Shown here: positions 46,682 to 56,484 of the stretch, one piece after another | Numbering within the stretch: the first letter of the stretch is position 1 | Layout of the letters: the number at the start of each line of letters is the position of its first letter | From: Spirosomataceae bacterium | GTDB lineage: Bacteria; Bacteroidota; Bacteroidia; Cytophagales; Spirosomataceae | Assembly (NCBI GenBank): GCA_046293395.1 | Contig: JBKBOU010000001.1 | Location: 417,271 to 481,270 of the forward strand | Length of the DNA stretch: 64,000 nucleotides | Reading direction: 5' to 3' | Made by a program: the position numbers and the translations under genes | Notes under the pieces: model-generated | What the model was told of the DNA's origin: nothing | The model's input: only the letters and a program-made list of their open reading frames with translations | Databases searched by the model: none

Positions 46682-49150
46682 TTAAATTACTCCTTTTCTT
46701 TCTTTCCAAATAACACCAAAAAGAAGCAGAACAAGGGCTAACGAACTTGCCAAGTCTATGTACTGACCTTTTTGCACAGAAGCTGGAGCAAATTCAAATA
46801 CCACCTCGTATGAACCAGCGTCAATCGCCATCCCACGCAGCACATAATTTACTTTAGCGTGGGGCTGAACTTTTCCATCCACATAAGAAATCCAATCTTG
46901 ATTACCTCTGTAAAACACTTCTGAAAACACAAGAAATCCAGGTGTTTTGCTACTCGTTTTGTAAACCAATTTATTTGGTGCATACGAGACAAGTTCCACT
47001 TTCTGGGATGAATCCGTTAGATACGTATTCTTCAAATTCATCTCTTCAGCGGTTGCAGCCAATAAAACAGCCGAATTTTTCAAGTTTAATTGAGATAAAG
47101 TTGCTAATTCCTCATCAGGAGTAGAAGCAAATCGCAAAGAATCAACAAACCAAGCATTTCCATACGTTTCTGGATTCAATTGGGGTTCTAGTCCGCCTTC
47201 TTGGTTTTGTGTGATAAAGTACTTGGTATTCAACATATTAAATATCGGCATATTCAATTGCCCGTTGGGTAGCATTTGCTGTTCAAAAAGCTCTTGCATT
47301 CTTTTCAATTTCGCTCCATGATACCCACCAATGGAATGATGAAAATACGAATCTCGCGCATCCTGCCAAAAACTCGTAGTCAAATTCACGACACGGTAGT
47401 GCGTTGTATCCTGAAGGATTTGCGTATCTGCGGGAGATGGTTCAAAAGTAGAGGCGAGTTGGTATTTCGGGATAAAATCGTCGTTATTGAAATATCTTTT
47501 CCCGACAAATACCAAATCAAACACAACCAAACTCACCAATAAGTAGGCAACATACGTTTGTTTCCATTTTTTTGCCGCATTTACCCAAAGTAAACCCAAG
47601 GCAAGCAAAACGAGGATAATCGAACGGATAATATCCATTCTTGCCAAACCTCCTCTGTCTTCACGAAGCGCCTGAATGATATTTGCTGAAAAATCAGGCC
47701 CAAGAGATTGAGCCAACGATTGTTGCATAGCCACGTCATTGGAAGAAGAAAACGTCTGGGAGACATATCCTAAGAACATGAATCCAACTAAAATAGCTAC
47801 TGTGTAATAGGCTTTTTTCCGGATAATTGTCCAGTCAATTTCTGAGCCAAACAAATAACGAAGCGTTTGAACTGCCCCCCAAACAAACAAGAAATGAACG
47901 AGTGTTAGGAGCATGGTAATCGCTCGGAACTTATTAAAACCAGGAATAAACTCAAAAGAGAATGTATTGAACCCGGCAAAATTACTTCCCCAAGACCATA
48001 CAATGAAAAGAACTACGAGTCCAAGTTCTCCCCATTTCACCGCGTCTTTACGAATAAACAAGCCAAGTAAAAACAAGAAAACAAGAATTACACCGGAGTA
48101 AGCAGGTCCGGAGGTAGAAGGTTGCGTTCCTGTGTAAAGTGGTAATTGTTGAATAAATTGAGCTGCGTCTTGCGGTTGAACTCCGCCGCCAACAAGCGCT
48201 TTATACGTTGCAGACGACTCAGATAAAGCACCAGCAGAACCTCCGCCCATCAAATTTGGAACGATGAGTGTCAATGTTTCAGCTATCCCGTAACTCCAGC
48301 CAAAGGCATAATTTACGTCCAAACCATTTTTACCAGCCGTTGTTTTGGTCAACTCAGACGTACCCCGCATGGTTTCAGCAGAATAGGTGAGGTTATTCCA
48401 TAGTCGCATCCCGTGTGAACCAACGCCTATAAGTAAGGCAACGGCAAATGAGAGAACAATGCGCGGCAGTTCTTTGCCTTTGTTTTCTTTCCACAAAGCA
48501 ACCAATTGAAAACCACTGTAAACCAAAAGAATAAAAAAGAGATAATAGGTGATTTGCAAATGATTGGCATACAACTCCAAACCAAGACCGAGCGTTGTGA
48601 GTAATGTGCCGAGTAGAAATTTACGTTGAAATACGAGTACAAAACCAGCTAAAACCACGGGTGCATACGCCAATGCAAGAATTTTAGACAAATGGCCTGC
48701 TTCTGTAAAAAGAAGATTATACGTACCAAACGCATATCCCAACGAACCGAGTATAGCTAGCCAAACAGGTTGTTTCGTAGCAGACATCAACACAAAAAAC
48801 CCAAGCATCAACAAAAATAGTACATTTGCTGGGCTTGGAAGAATACTTGAAAGTGCAACACCGATGTAAGAAACAAAGCTATATGGATATTCTCCTGCAA
48901 TCATAAAACCGGGCATTCCACCAAACATGCTGTTTGTCCACCAAGCCCAATCCCCTGTTTTTGCATGAAAATCAACCAATTCTTTGGCCGCGGCTGTCGC
49001 CATATTTGTATCGTGCATACTCAAAACTTTACCTGATAGCAACGGACTACAATATAAAACCGCTACCAGAGCAAAGAAAGCAATGCTTAAAACCGAAGGC
49101 AGTATTTTTTTTAGCATTATAAATTGGATAAGATTAAATAAATTTGTCAA
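46682..49150 (-). CDS. Large polytopic membrane protein, YfhO-family-like
   Basis: About 810-822 aa (alternative ATG at 49117). More than 12 TM helices in the N-terminal 500 aa plus a C-terminal extracytoplasmic domain and a final TM helix. The family assignment is from architecture and is tentative. Confidence 0.6.
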   Translation of the reverse strand: MTNLFNLIQFIMLKKILPSVLSIAFFALVAVLYCSPLLSGKVLSMHDTNMATAAAKELVDFHAKTGDWAWWTNSMFGGMPGFMIAGEYPYSFVSYIGVALSSILPSPANVLFLLMLGFFVLMSATKQPVWLAILGSLGYAFGTYNLLFTEAGHLSKILALAYAPVVLAGFVLVFQRKFLLGTLLTTLGLGLELYANHLQITYYLFFILLVYSGFQLVALWKENKGKELPRIVLSFAVALLIGVGSHGMRLWNNLTYSAETMRGTSELTKTTAGKNGLDVNYAFGWSYGIAETLTLIVPNLMGGGSAGALSESSATYKALVGGGVQPQDAAQFIQQLPLYTGTQPSTSGPAYSGVILVFLFLLGLFIRKDAVKWGELGLVVLFIVWSWGSNFAGFNTFSFEFIPGFNKFRAITMLLTLVHFLFVWGAVQTLRYLFGSEIDWTIIRKKAYYTVAILVGFMFLGYVSQTFSSSNDVAMQQSLAQSLGPDFSANIIQALREDRGGLARMDIIRSIILVLLALGLLWVNAAKKWKQTYVAYLLVSLVVFDLVFVGKRYFNNDDFIPKYQLASTFEPSPADTQILQDTTHYRVVNLTTSFWQDARDSYFHHSIGGYHGAKLKRMQELFEQQMLPNGQLNMPIFNMLNTKYFITQNQEGGLEPQLNPETYGNAWFVDSLRFASTPDEELATLSQLNLKNSAVLLAATAEEMNLKNTYLTDSSQKVELVSYAPNKLVYKTSSKTPGFLVFSEVFYRGNQDWISYVDGKVQPHAKVNYVLRGMAIDAGSYEVVFEFAPASVQKGQYIDLASSLALVLLLFGVIWKERKGVI

Positions 49151-49169
49151 AATTAACGAAAAAAGAAGA

Positions 49170-49490
49170 GTGCTACTTTCAAATTATACATTTAACATCG
49201 AAAAAGACTGTGTCTCAGATTGGGAAAAGTTTTTATCCAATTCTGTAACGCCGTTAATTCAGGCGGAAAAAATCCATTCTGATTTCCGAACTTTTCAATT
49301 GCTTACAGAAATTGAAAACGACGGGACGACCTACGCACTCCAAGTGTATTTCGAGTCAGAAGAAAAAGCTGCTCGTTTTGCAGATTTCTTCGAAAACCAT
49401 CTTTTACCTTCCATTCATATTTTGTTTCGGGATAAATACGTATTCTTTCATTCACATTTAAAAGAAATTAATCAAACAAAGGCCAATTAA
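49170..49490 (+). CDS. Small cytoplasmic protein (DUF4286-like)
   Basis: Only the part downstream of the YfhO-like gene is plausible. GTG at 49170 gives VLLSNYTFNIEKDCVSDWEKFL...; size and N-terminal pattern resemble DUF4286 proteins. Start uncertain. Confidence 0.45.
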   Translation: MLLSNYTFNIEKDCVSDWEKFLSNSVTPLIQAEKIHSDFRTFQLLTEIENDGTTYALQVYFESEEKAARFADFFENHLLPSIHILFRDKYVFFHSHLKEINQTKAN

Positions 49491-51324
49491 CTTGCATTGT
49501 AAACGAACGACCAAGCCCTAAATAGGTTGGAGATACAAAATACCCGTTTGTCAAGACGCCTTTGTTTGCATGTGTAAAAGAAAAAGAGAGCTTTACTCGA
49601 TTAATCATGAACGCAGTATAAACGTCTATCACAGGAACCCCCCATACGAGAGCTTCGTCTTGTAGAATAAATTGTTGTGTCATTGGCTGATATGCATTTG
49701 CATAATATGCTGACTTATAATGAATTATACTACCAAGTGTCATATCTAATTTCTTAGCCCACGTCAAATAATACTCTGCCTGGAGTTGGGCGGTAAGCAG
49801 AGGGACACGCAAAACGAGGTCGTTGTCTGTTAGTCTTACACTTGCATGAGGTGCTAATCGCCATTTTTTTAAAAGAAAGTTGGCATCCAAACCACCTTCA
49901 AAATAATTCATGGTTGGTGCTTGTTGTGGGATACTTTGCGTGTCCCAATAGATTGCATTAAGTGCCAAAACGTAATTTCCATACAATTCAACGCGTCTCG
50001 TTGGCTTTGCACTTATTGGAAAAGAAGAGCCTAATTCTTGCGTAAAAGTTTGGTTAAAATCAGAAGACCACGAAACAAATTCACTGAAGAAAGTCTGCTC
50101 AAATAGAGTGGTAGGTCGTCTAATTTGTTTAAAATTAATTCCGAATCGACGGTAAGCACCTTTGCCAATAAGTAAAAATCCTCCATTTGTACCCAGTTTT
50201 ACATGCGTTTGTAAGACAAGTGCGCTATCTTTTGTCGCATAATTTAAACGTCCGCCAACAAAAGTTTCAAACTGCCAAGATGTTGTAGTTCGGGAATCTT
50301 CTACCCCGATACGTCTGTAAAAGCGCGGATTTAGATAGGCATTGTACCCAAAACCTTTCCAATTCCCTTTTAGACCGAAAGATTGGTCAAGCGAACGGTA
50401 TCGAACAAACAAAACTGCGGTATCAGCAACAGAATTTGACGTTGGATAGACTTCACTCGCTTTATTTCGTCCGTATGCAGCATCAATAAAAAACATTTTC
50501 TGGTAGCCGTAATCCAATTGGTGAAAAAGCGTAAAGCCTTCTTTTTTAGCCAATTTATACTGGTGATATATATGCCAATCATTCCAATATTCACGGCTAT
50601 ATGCGGAGACAAGTTGAGCTTGATAATCTGTGTATTCAGGGGAAATAGTAGCTAAACTTAAATCCAATGTTTCGAATCCTTGTACGCCACCTTGTTCATT
50701 TTGTTTGTGATTTAGGTGATTGTAATGGGTTAAAAGGAGGTATTTTCCTTTTTTATCTGTGTAATTGGACGAGACATGCACCGCCCAATGATCTACCAAA
50801 CGTTCTTCACGGGAGCTACCCGTTAATCCAAACTGTTTAGAAGCTGAAAAACGATTAATGTCCAATGTTATATTGAGTCTTTCGTTGATGTTTTGACTAT
50901 GTGTAAAGTCCAAGACAGCAAAATTGCGCGAGCCTTGTACATAGTGCATATTGGTAAAAGGAGATTTGGTATTAAAATACCTTATTTGGTCTTTCTGGAA
51001 ACCATACAAACCAAATGGAGAAAAGTACAACGGCGTATTAACCTCCTCTTCTGTTCGCCAGCCTATCCATTTAGCGGCTGTACCTAAATTACCTAAATGC
51101 TGAAATTGAAAAGTAGATTTCGCAATCGTATCCACCAAAGCAAATGAACCAAGTGTCGAATCGGGATGATAGATTTTTGTCTTGTTCGTTAAAATATCTT
51201 TTTCTAATTGATATTGTACCGAGGAAAGTCCGTAAATCTGACGTGTAGAATCATCGACAATTTGTGCAGACAGCGACCTGCTCAAAAAGAAAAAGAGGAA
51301 AAGCGAATATATTCGATATAACAT
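49468..51324 (-). CDS. Putative porin-type outer-membrane beta-barrel
   Basis: Signal peptide ending SLSAQ, FQHLGNLGTAAK motif seen in Bacteroidota putative-porin proteins, beta-strand periodicity throughout. Confidence 0.6.
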   Translation of the reverse strand: MLYRIYSLFLFFFLSRSLSAQIVDDSTRQIYGLSSVQYQLEKDILTNKTKIYHPDSTLGSFALVDTIAKSTFQFQHLGNLGTAAKWIGWRTEEEVNTPLYFSPFGLYGFQKDQIRYFNTKSPFTNMHYVQGSRNFAVLDFTHSQNINERLNITLDINRFSASKQFGLTGSSREERLVDHWAVHVSSNYTDKKGKYLLLTHYNHLNHKQNEQGGVQGFETLDLSLATISPEYTDYQAQLVSAYSREYWNDWHIYHQYKLAKKEGFTLFHQLDYGYQKMFFIDAAYGRNKASEVYPTSNSVADTAVLFVRYRSLDQSFGLKGNWKGFGYNAYLNPRFYRRIGVEDSRTTTSWQFETFVGGRLNYATKDSALVLQTHVKLGTNGGFLLIGKGAYRRFGINFKQIRRPTTLFEQTFFSEFVSWSSDFNQTFTQELGSSFPISAKPTRRVELYGNYVLALNAIYWDTQSIPQQAPTMNYFEGGLDANFLLKKWRLAPHASVRLTDNDLVLRVPLLTAQLQAEYYLTWAKKLDMTLGSIIHYKSAYYANAYQPMTQQFILQDEALVWGVPVIDVYTAFMINRVKLSFSFTHANKGVLTNGYFVSPTYLGLGRSFTMQVNWPLFD

Positions 51325-51367
51325 AATACAAATTGTGAAATAAAAAACGACTGCAATTTACTAGAAA

Positions 51368-52381
51368 TTACACCTGAAACGCGTGGTATTTTGCTAAAAT
51401 ATAGGCAATAAACTTCCCCTCTTCGTACATTTTGACGGATATAGGCCAAACAAAAATAGGCAATTCGGAATCAAGGGAAAGAAATCTCCATTTTACCGCA
51501 TCTTTTTCCGTGATAACAAGCGGGATTCCTGGGTATGCTGTTGCTATTTTTTGAATCTCCTCTTTCTTATATATGTGATGGTCAGGAAAGAAAAAGGAAG
51601 CCTGCACCGCAAACTTTTTTTGAGCCGATTTTTGTAATTCTTGGGTATCTGCGATACCAGCAACCAAAATGACACGGGATTGGAACGACAATGTTTGTGT
51701 TCGTTGTGCGTGTAAGGAATACGGCAAATCGTAGGTAAGTCCTGCGAAAAAAAGGGGCGTACCGAAAGCGAGATAAGGACGACTTTTTTGTCTCCAATCG
51801 TTCTTTTGATGTTCCGATAAATCTTCGGGGCAATGCGTAACGACGAGTACATCCGCTCTTTTGAGCGCACTTCTTCCCTCTCGCAAATACCCCAGAGGAA
51901 ATGGAAAATCTATAAAAAACGGCGAATGAAAACTCGAAAGTACGATAGAAAGCGTTGGTTTGAATGCACGATGCTGAAATCCATCGTCTAATAAAAGAAC
52001 CTGAGTTTTGGGTTCCATTTGACAAATTTGCTTACCCGCTTCGAATCTATTTTCACCGACAAAGACCGAGAAATGAGGGATTTTCTGGTAAAAATGCAGC
52101 AGAGCTTCGTCCCCTACTTCATCGGGACTTGATAAGTCTTCAACTACAAAAAAACCTTTCGACCTTCTTTTGAAACCGCGCAACAATATCGCACCAGATT
52201 GAACAGCAAAGAGGGTTGATAAATAGTGAACGAAGGGGGTTTTTCCTGTTCCTCCCAAACGTAGATTGCCAACAACAACCGAAAATACCGGCAATGATTG
52301 AGAGGTTAAAATGCCGAAATCGAACAGAAAATGCCTGCATTTGGTTACTAGATGAACAAGAACAGCGAGTGGGCTGAACAT
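51368..52381 (-). CDS. lpxK: Tetraacyldisaccharide 4'-kinase
   Basis: P-loop VVGNLRLGGTGKTP, then DDGFQH. I prefer the ATG at 52381 (MFSPLAVLV...) so it does not overlap divergent menC. Confidence 0.88.
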   Translation of the reverse strand: MFSPLAVLVHLVTKCRHFLFDFGILTSQSLPVFSVVVGNLRLGGTGKTPFVHYLSTLFAVQSGAILLRGFKRRSKGFFVVEDLSSPDEVGDEALLHFYQKIPHFSVFVGENRFEAGKQICQMEPKTQVLLLDDGFQHRAFKPTLSIVLSSFHSPFFIDFPFPLGYLREGRSALKRADVLVVTHCPEDLSEHQKNDWRQKSRPYLAFGTPLFFAGLTYDLPYSLHAQRTQTLSFQSRVILVAGIADTQELQKSAQKKFAVQASFFFPDHHIYKKEEIQKIATAYPGIPLVITEKDAVKWRFLSLDSELPIFVWPISVKMYEEGKFIAYILAKYHAFQV

Positions 52382-52409
52382 CCATTTACACCATTTTATC
52401 CATTTATTT

Positions 52410-53528
52410 ATGCTTTTTGCAACCATCGCGAAACATTTACTTCAGTTTACTTTTGATGCAGGTACATCGAGAGGGGTACTCAGACAAAAATATAGTTATT
52501 ATATTAAAATACAATCCACAAAAAATACAGACTATTTCGGAATCGGTGAAGTTGCTCCGCTCATCGGTTTAAGCCCTGAATTGGATGAACACTTTGAGAA
52601 ACGAGTTCACCAAAGTATCACACATTTTAATCAAATGCAACTGGATGAGACGCAACTAACAATCCACAATATCTACTTCCTTCTCGCACAAATTACCCAA
52701 ATACCCGGGGCTTCCTCCCTCCTTTTTGGCTGGGAAACCGCCTTATTGGATTATCTAAACTTCGGAAAAAGACAAGTATTCGAGCAAACTTTTTCACAAG
52801 GTAAAAAGCAACCTATCGAAATCAATGGGCTGATTTGGATGAATGATTTTGAACACATGCAACAGCAGAGTCATCAAAAAATTGAAGCTGGTTTCCATAC
52901 CATCAAAATGAAAATCGGCGCCATTCGGTGGGAAGAAGAATATGAATTGTTGACTCAAATTCGGACACAAAACCCCCATTTGACCTTACGCGTCGATGCA
53001 AACGGTGCGTTTGACGCTTCCAACGTTTGGAAAAAACTAGACGAACTCGCCAAATTACAAATCCACAGCATTGAACAACCTATTCAACCTAAAAACCATG
53101 TTTTACTGAAAGAACTTTGTGCACATTCACCTGTGGCTATTGCTTTGGATGAAGAATTAATTGGCATTTACAGCGAAAAAGAACAACTTTTGAATACAAT
53201 CCACCCGGCATACATCATTTTAAAACCAACTCTCCACGGAGGGATTCAAGGTACAAAAGAGTGGATTTCATTGGCAGAAGAAAGAGAAATTCAATGGTGG
53301 ATGACCTCCGCGCTCGAATCTAACATTGGATTGAACGCCATTTGCCAACTAACAGCCACCTACCCAATTCACCTACCACAAGGATTAGGAACAGGCCAAT
53401 TGTATCACAACAATATTCCTAGCCCATTGCATGTGTCCAACGGCACTATTCAGTACAAAGAGGATGAGCAAGCGTGGGATTTTTCTGGATTGAGCTTCTC
53501 AGACCCAATTAATTCCTTTTCGGAGTAG
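52410..53528 (+). CDS. menC: o-Succinylbenzoate synthase / enolase-superfamily enzyme
   Basis: Enolase-superfamily ligands in order: IKMKIG, LRVDANGAF, IEQPI, ALDEE, LKPTLHGG. The menC call is supported only by family resemblance and by menD elsewhere in the window. Confidence 0.7.
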   Translation: MLFATIAKHLLQFTFDAGTSRGVLRQKYSYYIKIQSTKNTDYFGIGEVAPLIGLSPELDEHFEKRVHQSITHFNQMQLDETQLTIHNIYFLLAQITQIPGASSLLFGWETALLDYLNFGKRQVFEQTFSQGKKQPIEINGLIWMNDFEHMQQQSHQKIEAGFHTIKMKIGAIRWEEEYELLTQIRTQNPHLTLRVDANGAFDASNVWKKLDELAKLQIHSIEQPIQPKNHVLLKELCAHSPVAIALDEELIGIYSEKEQLLNTIHPAYIILKPTLHGGIQGTKEWISLAEEREIQWWMTSALESNIGLNAICQLTATYPIHLPQGLGTGQLYHNNIPSPLHVSNGTIQYKEDEQAWDFSGLSFSDPINSFSE

Positions 53529-54398
53529 TTCCAATGTATTTTGTTCAGGAGAATCAGGTTTGGGTTGGTGGTTGTATGCCCATTGCGCAAGCGGAGGCAA
53601 ACTCATCAAAATAGACTCAGTCCGTCCATTAGTTTCTAACCCAAACTTCGTTCCTCTATCCCAAACCAAATTGAACTCGACATATCTTCCGCGGCGGAAC
53701 AATTGCCAGTCTTTGTGCTCTTCTGTATAAGGAATTTGGTGATTTTTGGTCATGAAATGCGTATAAATTGGCGCAAATTGTTGACCAACACGGAGGACAA
53801 AATCAACTATTTCTTCTTTCGTTTTTCCTTCGCGCTCTGGTTTTAAGTAATCAAAAAAGATACCACCTACACCTCTTGTTTCATTTCTGTGCGGCAGATA
53901 AAAATAATTATCCGCCCATTTTTTATAGTCAGTGTAGGCGGTAGGTTTGTACGTGTCGCATACATTTTTCAACTGTGTATGAAACCAGGTAGCATCCGAT
54001 TCGTCGATATAATGCGGGGTAAGGTCAATGCCACCACCAAACCAAAAATCACCGTTACTCATTTCAAAATACCGAACATTCATGTGAATAATAGGTACAA
54101 ATGGATTTTGGGTATGCATGACAATAGAAACACCCGTCGCGAAATAATCAGCGGATTCCGTGAGATTTAATTGTTTTTGAAGCGCTTCTGAGGTTTTTCC
54201 TTGGACTTGTGAAAAATTCACCCCTCCTTTTTCGATGATGCGACCGTTTGTTAAAATTCGTGAATGACCTCCACCACCGGAGTGATGCGACCAAGTGTCT
54301 TCCTGAAAAACACCAAGTCCATCTGTTTTTTCGATTGCTTCACAGATAAATAGTTGTAGATTCCGAAAAGAATCCGAAATAATTTCCTTTGATACCAT
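53499..54398 (-). CDS. hemF: Oxygen-dependent coproporphyrinogen III oxidase
   Basis: RRGRYVEFNLVWDRGTKFGL signature, WFGGGIDLTP, GVGGIFFDY. Confidence 0.93.
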   Translation of the reverse strand: MVSKEIISDSFRNLQLFICEAIEKTDGLGVFQEDTWSHHSGGGGHSRILTNGRIIEKGGVNFSQVQGKTSEALQKQLNLTESADYFATGVSIVMHTQNPFVPIIHMNVRYFEMSNGDFWFGGGIDLTPHYIDESDATWFHTQLKNVCDTYKPTAYTDYKKWADNYFYLPHRNETRGVGGIFFDYLKPEREGKTKEEIVDFVLRVGQQFAPIYTHFMTKNHQIPYTEEHKDWQLFRRGRYVEFNLVWDRGTKFGLETNGRTESILMSLPPLAQWAYNHQPKPDSPEQNTLELLRKGINWV

Positions 54399-54469
54399 TA
54401 TTTTCTTTTCAAATTTTGTAGCCCAAACACAAAATTAACAACAATCAACACCTAATTACTAAAACAAAC

Positions 54470-55207
54470 ATGGATATTCAAGGAAAAAACGTGCTTATCA
54501 CCGGTGGCAGCTCCGGACTTGGTGAAGCAACCGCTCTTTTTCTACACGAAAAGGGGGCAAATGTGCATATCATCGACCTAAAACCACATTCTTTTCTGCC
54601 TACTACTGTAGGTAGTGTAACAAACGAAGAGACAGTACAACAAGCTATTGCTTATTTCGAACAAAAACAGAAGCACGTAGAAATATTGGTTACTTGTGCG
54701 GGGATTGCACCACCACAAAAGACATTTGGCAAAAAAGGAGTTCATGCTTTAACTGATTTCCAACGAGTAATAGAAATTAATCTCATCGGAACATTCAATT
54801 GTATCCGACTTGCAGCTGAAAGCATGTCGAGGAATAATCCAAATGAAGGCGGTGAACGTGGGGTGATTGTAACTACTGCTTCCATTGCCGCTTTTGATGG
54901 GCAAATGGGACAAGCAGCCTACGCGGCGAGTAAAGCCGGTGTTGCTGGAATGACCCTCCCGATAGCCCGTGATTTGGCTTCTTTAGGCATACGCGTGATG
55001 TGCATTGCCCCTGGGATTTTCAAAACACCGCTGATGGCTTCTTTGCCACAAGAAGCGCAAGACTCCTTGGCGACACAAGTTCCGTTTCCTCCCCGTTTGG
55101 GAGAACCGAAGGAGTACGCTCTCTTAGTTGGCCAATGCATAGAAAACGGCTTACTCAACGGAGAAGTAATTCGACTGGATGGGGCAATCCGGATGGGAGT
55201 CAAATAA
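54470..55207 (+). CDS. SDR, 3-hydroxyacyl-CoA dehydrogenase type-2-like
   Basis: [57 protein letters not shown]. Confidence 0.8.
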   Translation: MDIQGKNVLITGGSSGLGEATALFLHEKGANVHIIDLKPHSFLPTTVGSVTNEETVQQAIAYFEQKQKHVEILVTCAGIAPPQKTFGKKGVHALTDFQRVIEINLIGTFNCIRLAAESMSRNNPNEGGERGVIVTTASIAAFDGQMGQAAYAASKAGVAGMTLPIARDLASLGIRVMCIAPGIFKTPLMASLPQEAQDSLATQVPFPPRLGEPKEYALLVGQCIENGLLNGEVIRLDGAIRMGVK

Positions 55208-55249
55208 AATAGGTAAAATACAATACATTTATACACAATTTAATTTAAA

Positions 55250-56305
55250 ATGAGCAAGCTATCCACACTCATTCGGCCACACTTAATTGAGCTAACTCCC
55301 TATGCATCAGCACGTGACGAGTACAAAGGCAAAGAAGGTATTTTTTTAGATGCCAATGAAAATCCGTTTAGTTCCGTAACGGGCGATGCTTTTAATAGAT
55401 ATCCAGACCCACATCAACAAGCAATTAAAGATAAATTAGCACAGATAAAAGGGGTAAATCCTTCTCAAATATTTCTTGGAAATGGTTCCGATGAGGCGAT
55501 AGATTTGCTTATTAAAACATTTTGTGAACCCAAAAAAGAGAATATTGTCATCCTTCCTCCGACCTACGGAATGTACAAAGTTTGTGCAGATATTCAGCAA
55601 GTAGATGTTTTGAGTGCGCCATTAACGCCTGATTTTGATCTTGATTTGAGCCAAATTCAAGCAACAGTAAACGAAAGTACCAAGATGATTTGGGTTTGTT
55701 CACCAAACAATCCTTCTGGAAACCTAGTGAATCAGGATAAAATTCGCCAATTATTGGTGACATATCCGGATAAAATCTTGGTTGTGGACGAAGCCTACAT
55801 TGATTTTGTTCCCGAAAAAACTTGGCTGAAAGAATTGGATAATTTTGCCAACTTAGTTGTTTTACAAACCTTTTCAAAAGCTTGGGGAATGGCAGGACTG
55901 CGTATGGGAGTTGCGTATGCACATCCTGAAATAATCCAAATACTAAATAAAATAAAGTATCCGTACAGTATCAATATTTTGACACAAAAAGCGGTTCTGG
56001 AGGCACTCAACCACGAAGACAAAAAAAAGGAAATGGTTGCCAAATTGAACAGCCTCCGGGAGGAACTTCGAAAGGATTTAGGTCAACTTTCTTTTGTTGA
56101 ACATATTTTCCCTTCCGATTCTAACCAATTACTTGTACGAGTGAATAAACCAAATGAACTGTTTACGTATTTGATTCAACAGAAAATTATTATTCGTGAC
56201 CGCTCCAAAGTGATACTTTGTGACGGGTGTCTGCGTATTTCAGTTGGGACTAAGGAAGAAAATCAGGCGCTCGTTGCTGAAATGCAACAGTGGGCGACGA
56301 ACTAA
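55250..56305 (+). CDS. hisC: Histidinol-phosphate aminotransferase
   Basis: LDANENP, YPDP, DEAYIDF, PLP-lysine motif TFSKAWGMAGLRMG. Confidence 0.9.
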   Translation: MSKLSTLIRPHLIELTPYASARDEYKGKEGIFLDANENPFSSVTGDAFNRYPDPHQQAIKDKLAQIKGVNPSQIFLGNGSDEAIDLLIKTFCEPKKENIVILPPTYGMYKVCADIQQVDVLSAPLTPDFDLDLSQIQATVNESTKMIWVCSPNNPSGNLVNQDKIRQLLVTYPDKILVVDEAYIDFVPEKTWLKELDNFANLVVLQTFSKAWGMAGLRMGVAYAHPEIIQILNKIKYPYSINILTQKAVLEALNHEDKKKEMVAKLNSLREELRKDLGQLSFVEHIFPSDSNQLLVRVNKPNELFTYLIQQKIIIRDRSKVILCDGCLRISVGTKEENQALVAEMQQWATN

Positions 56306-56310
56306 AACGC

Positions 56311-56342
56311 AAACAGCCGGCATCAAAAAATGCCGGCTGTTT
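56311..56342. terminator. Bidirectional terminator (hisC / tRNA-Ala)
   Basis: AAACAGCCGGCAT-CAAAAA-ATGCCGGCTGTTT. Confidence 0.85.
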
Positions 56343-56351
56343 GGAAAAAAG

Positions 56352-56425
56352 TGGAGAAGATCGGGCTCGAACCGACGACCTCTTGACTGCCAGTCAAGCG
56401 CTCTAGCCAACTGAGCTACATCCCC
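56352..56425 (-). tRNA. tRNA-Ala (GGC)
   Basis: Reverse complement GGGGATG/TA/GCTC..GAGC/G/CTTGA-CTGGCAG-TCAAG/AGGTC/GTCGG-TTCGAGC-CCGAT/CTTCTCC/A. The G3.U70 Ala identity pair is present. My hand fold gives one U6.U67 mismatch. Confidence 0.88.
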
Positions 56426-56484
56426 ATATACCCCACAAAGAAAACAGAAAAAAGAAGATTACCCAAAAATTTCCACAAATAGTC

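Noticed and set aside
48984-49169. The N-terminal 62 codons of ORF 48984..49490.
   Set aside because: This part overlaps the 5' end of the YfhO-like gene on the other strand. Only the segment downstream of 49170 looks like a real (DUF4286-like) gene.
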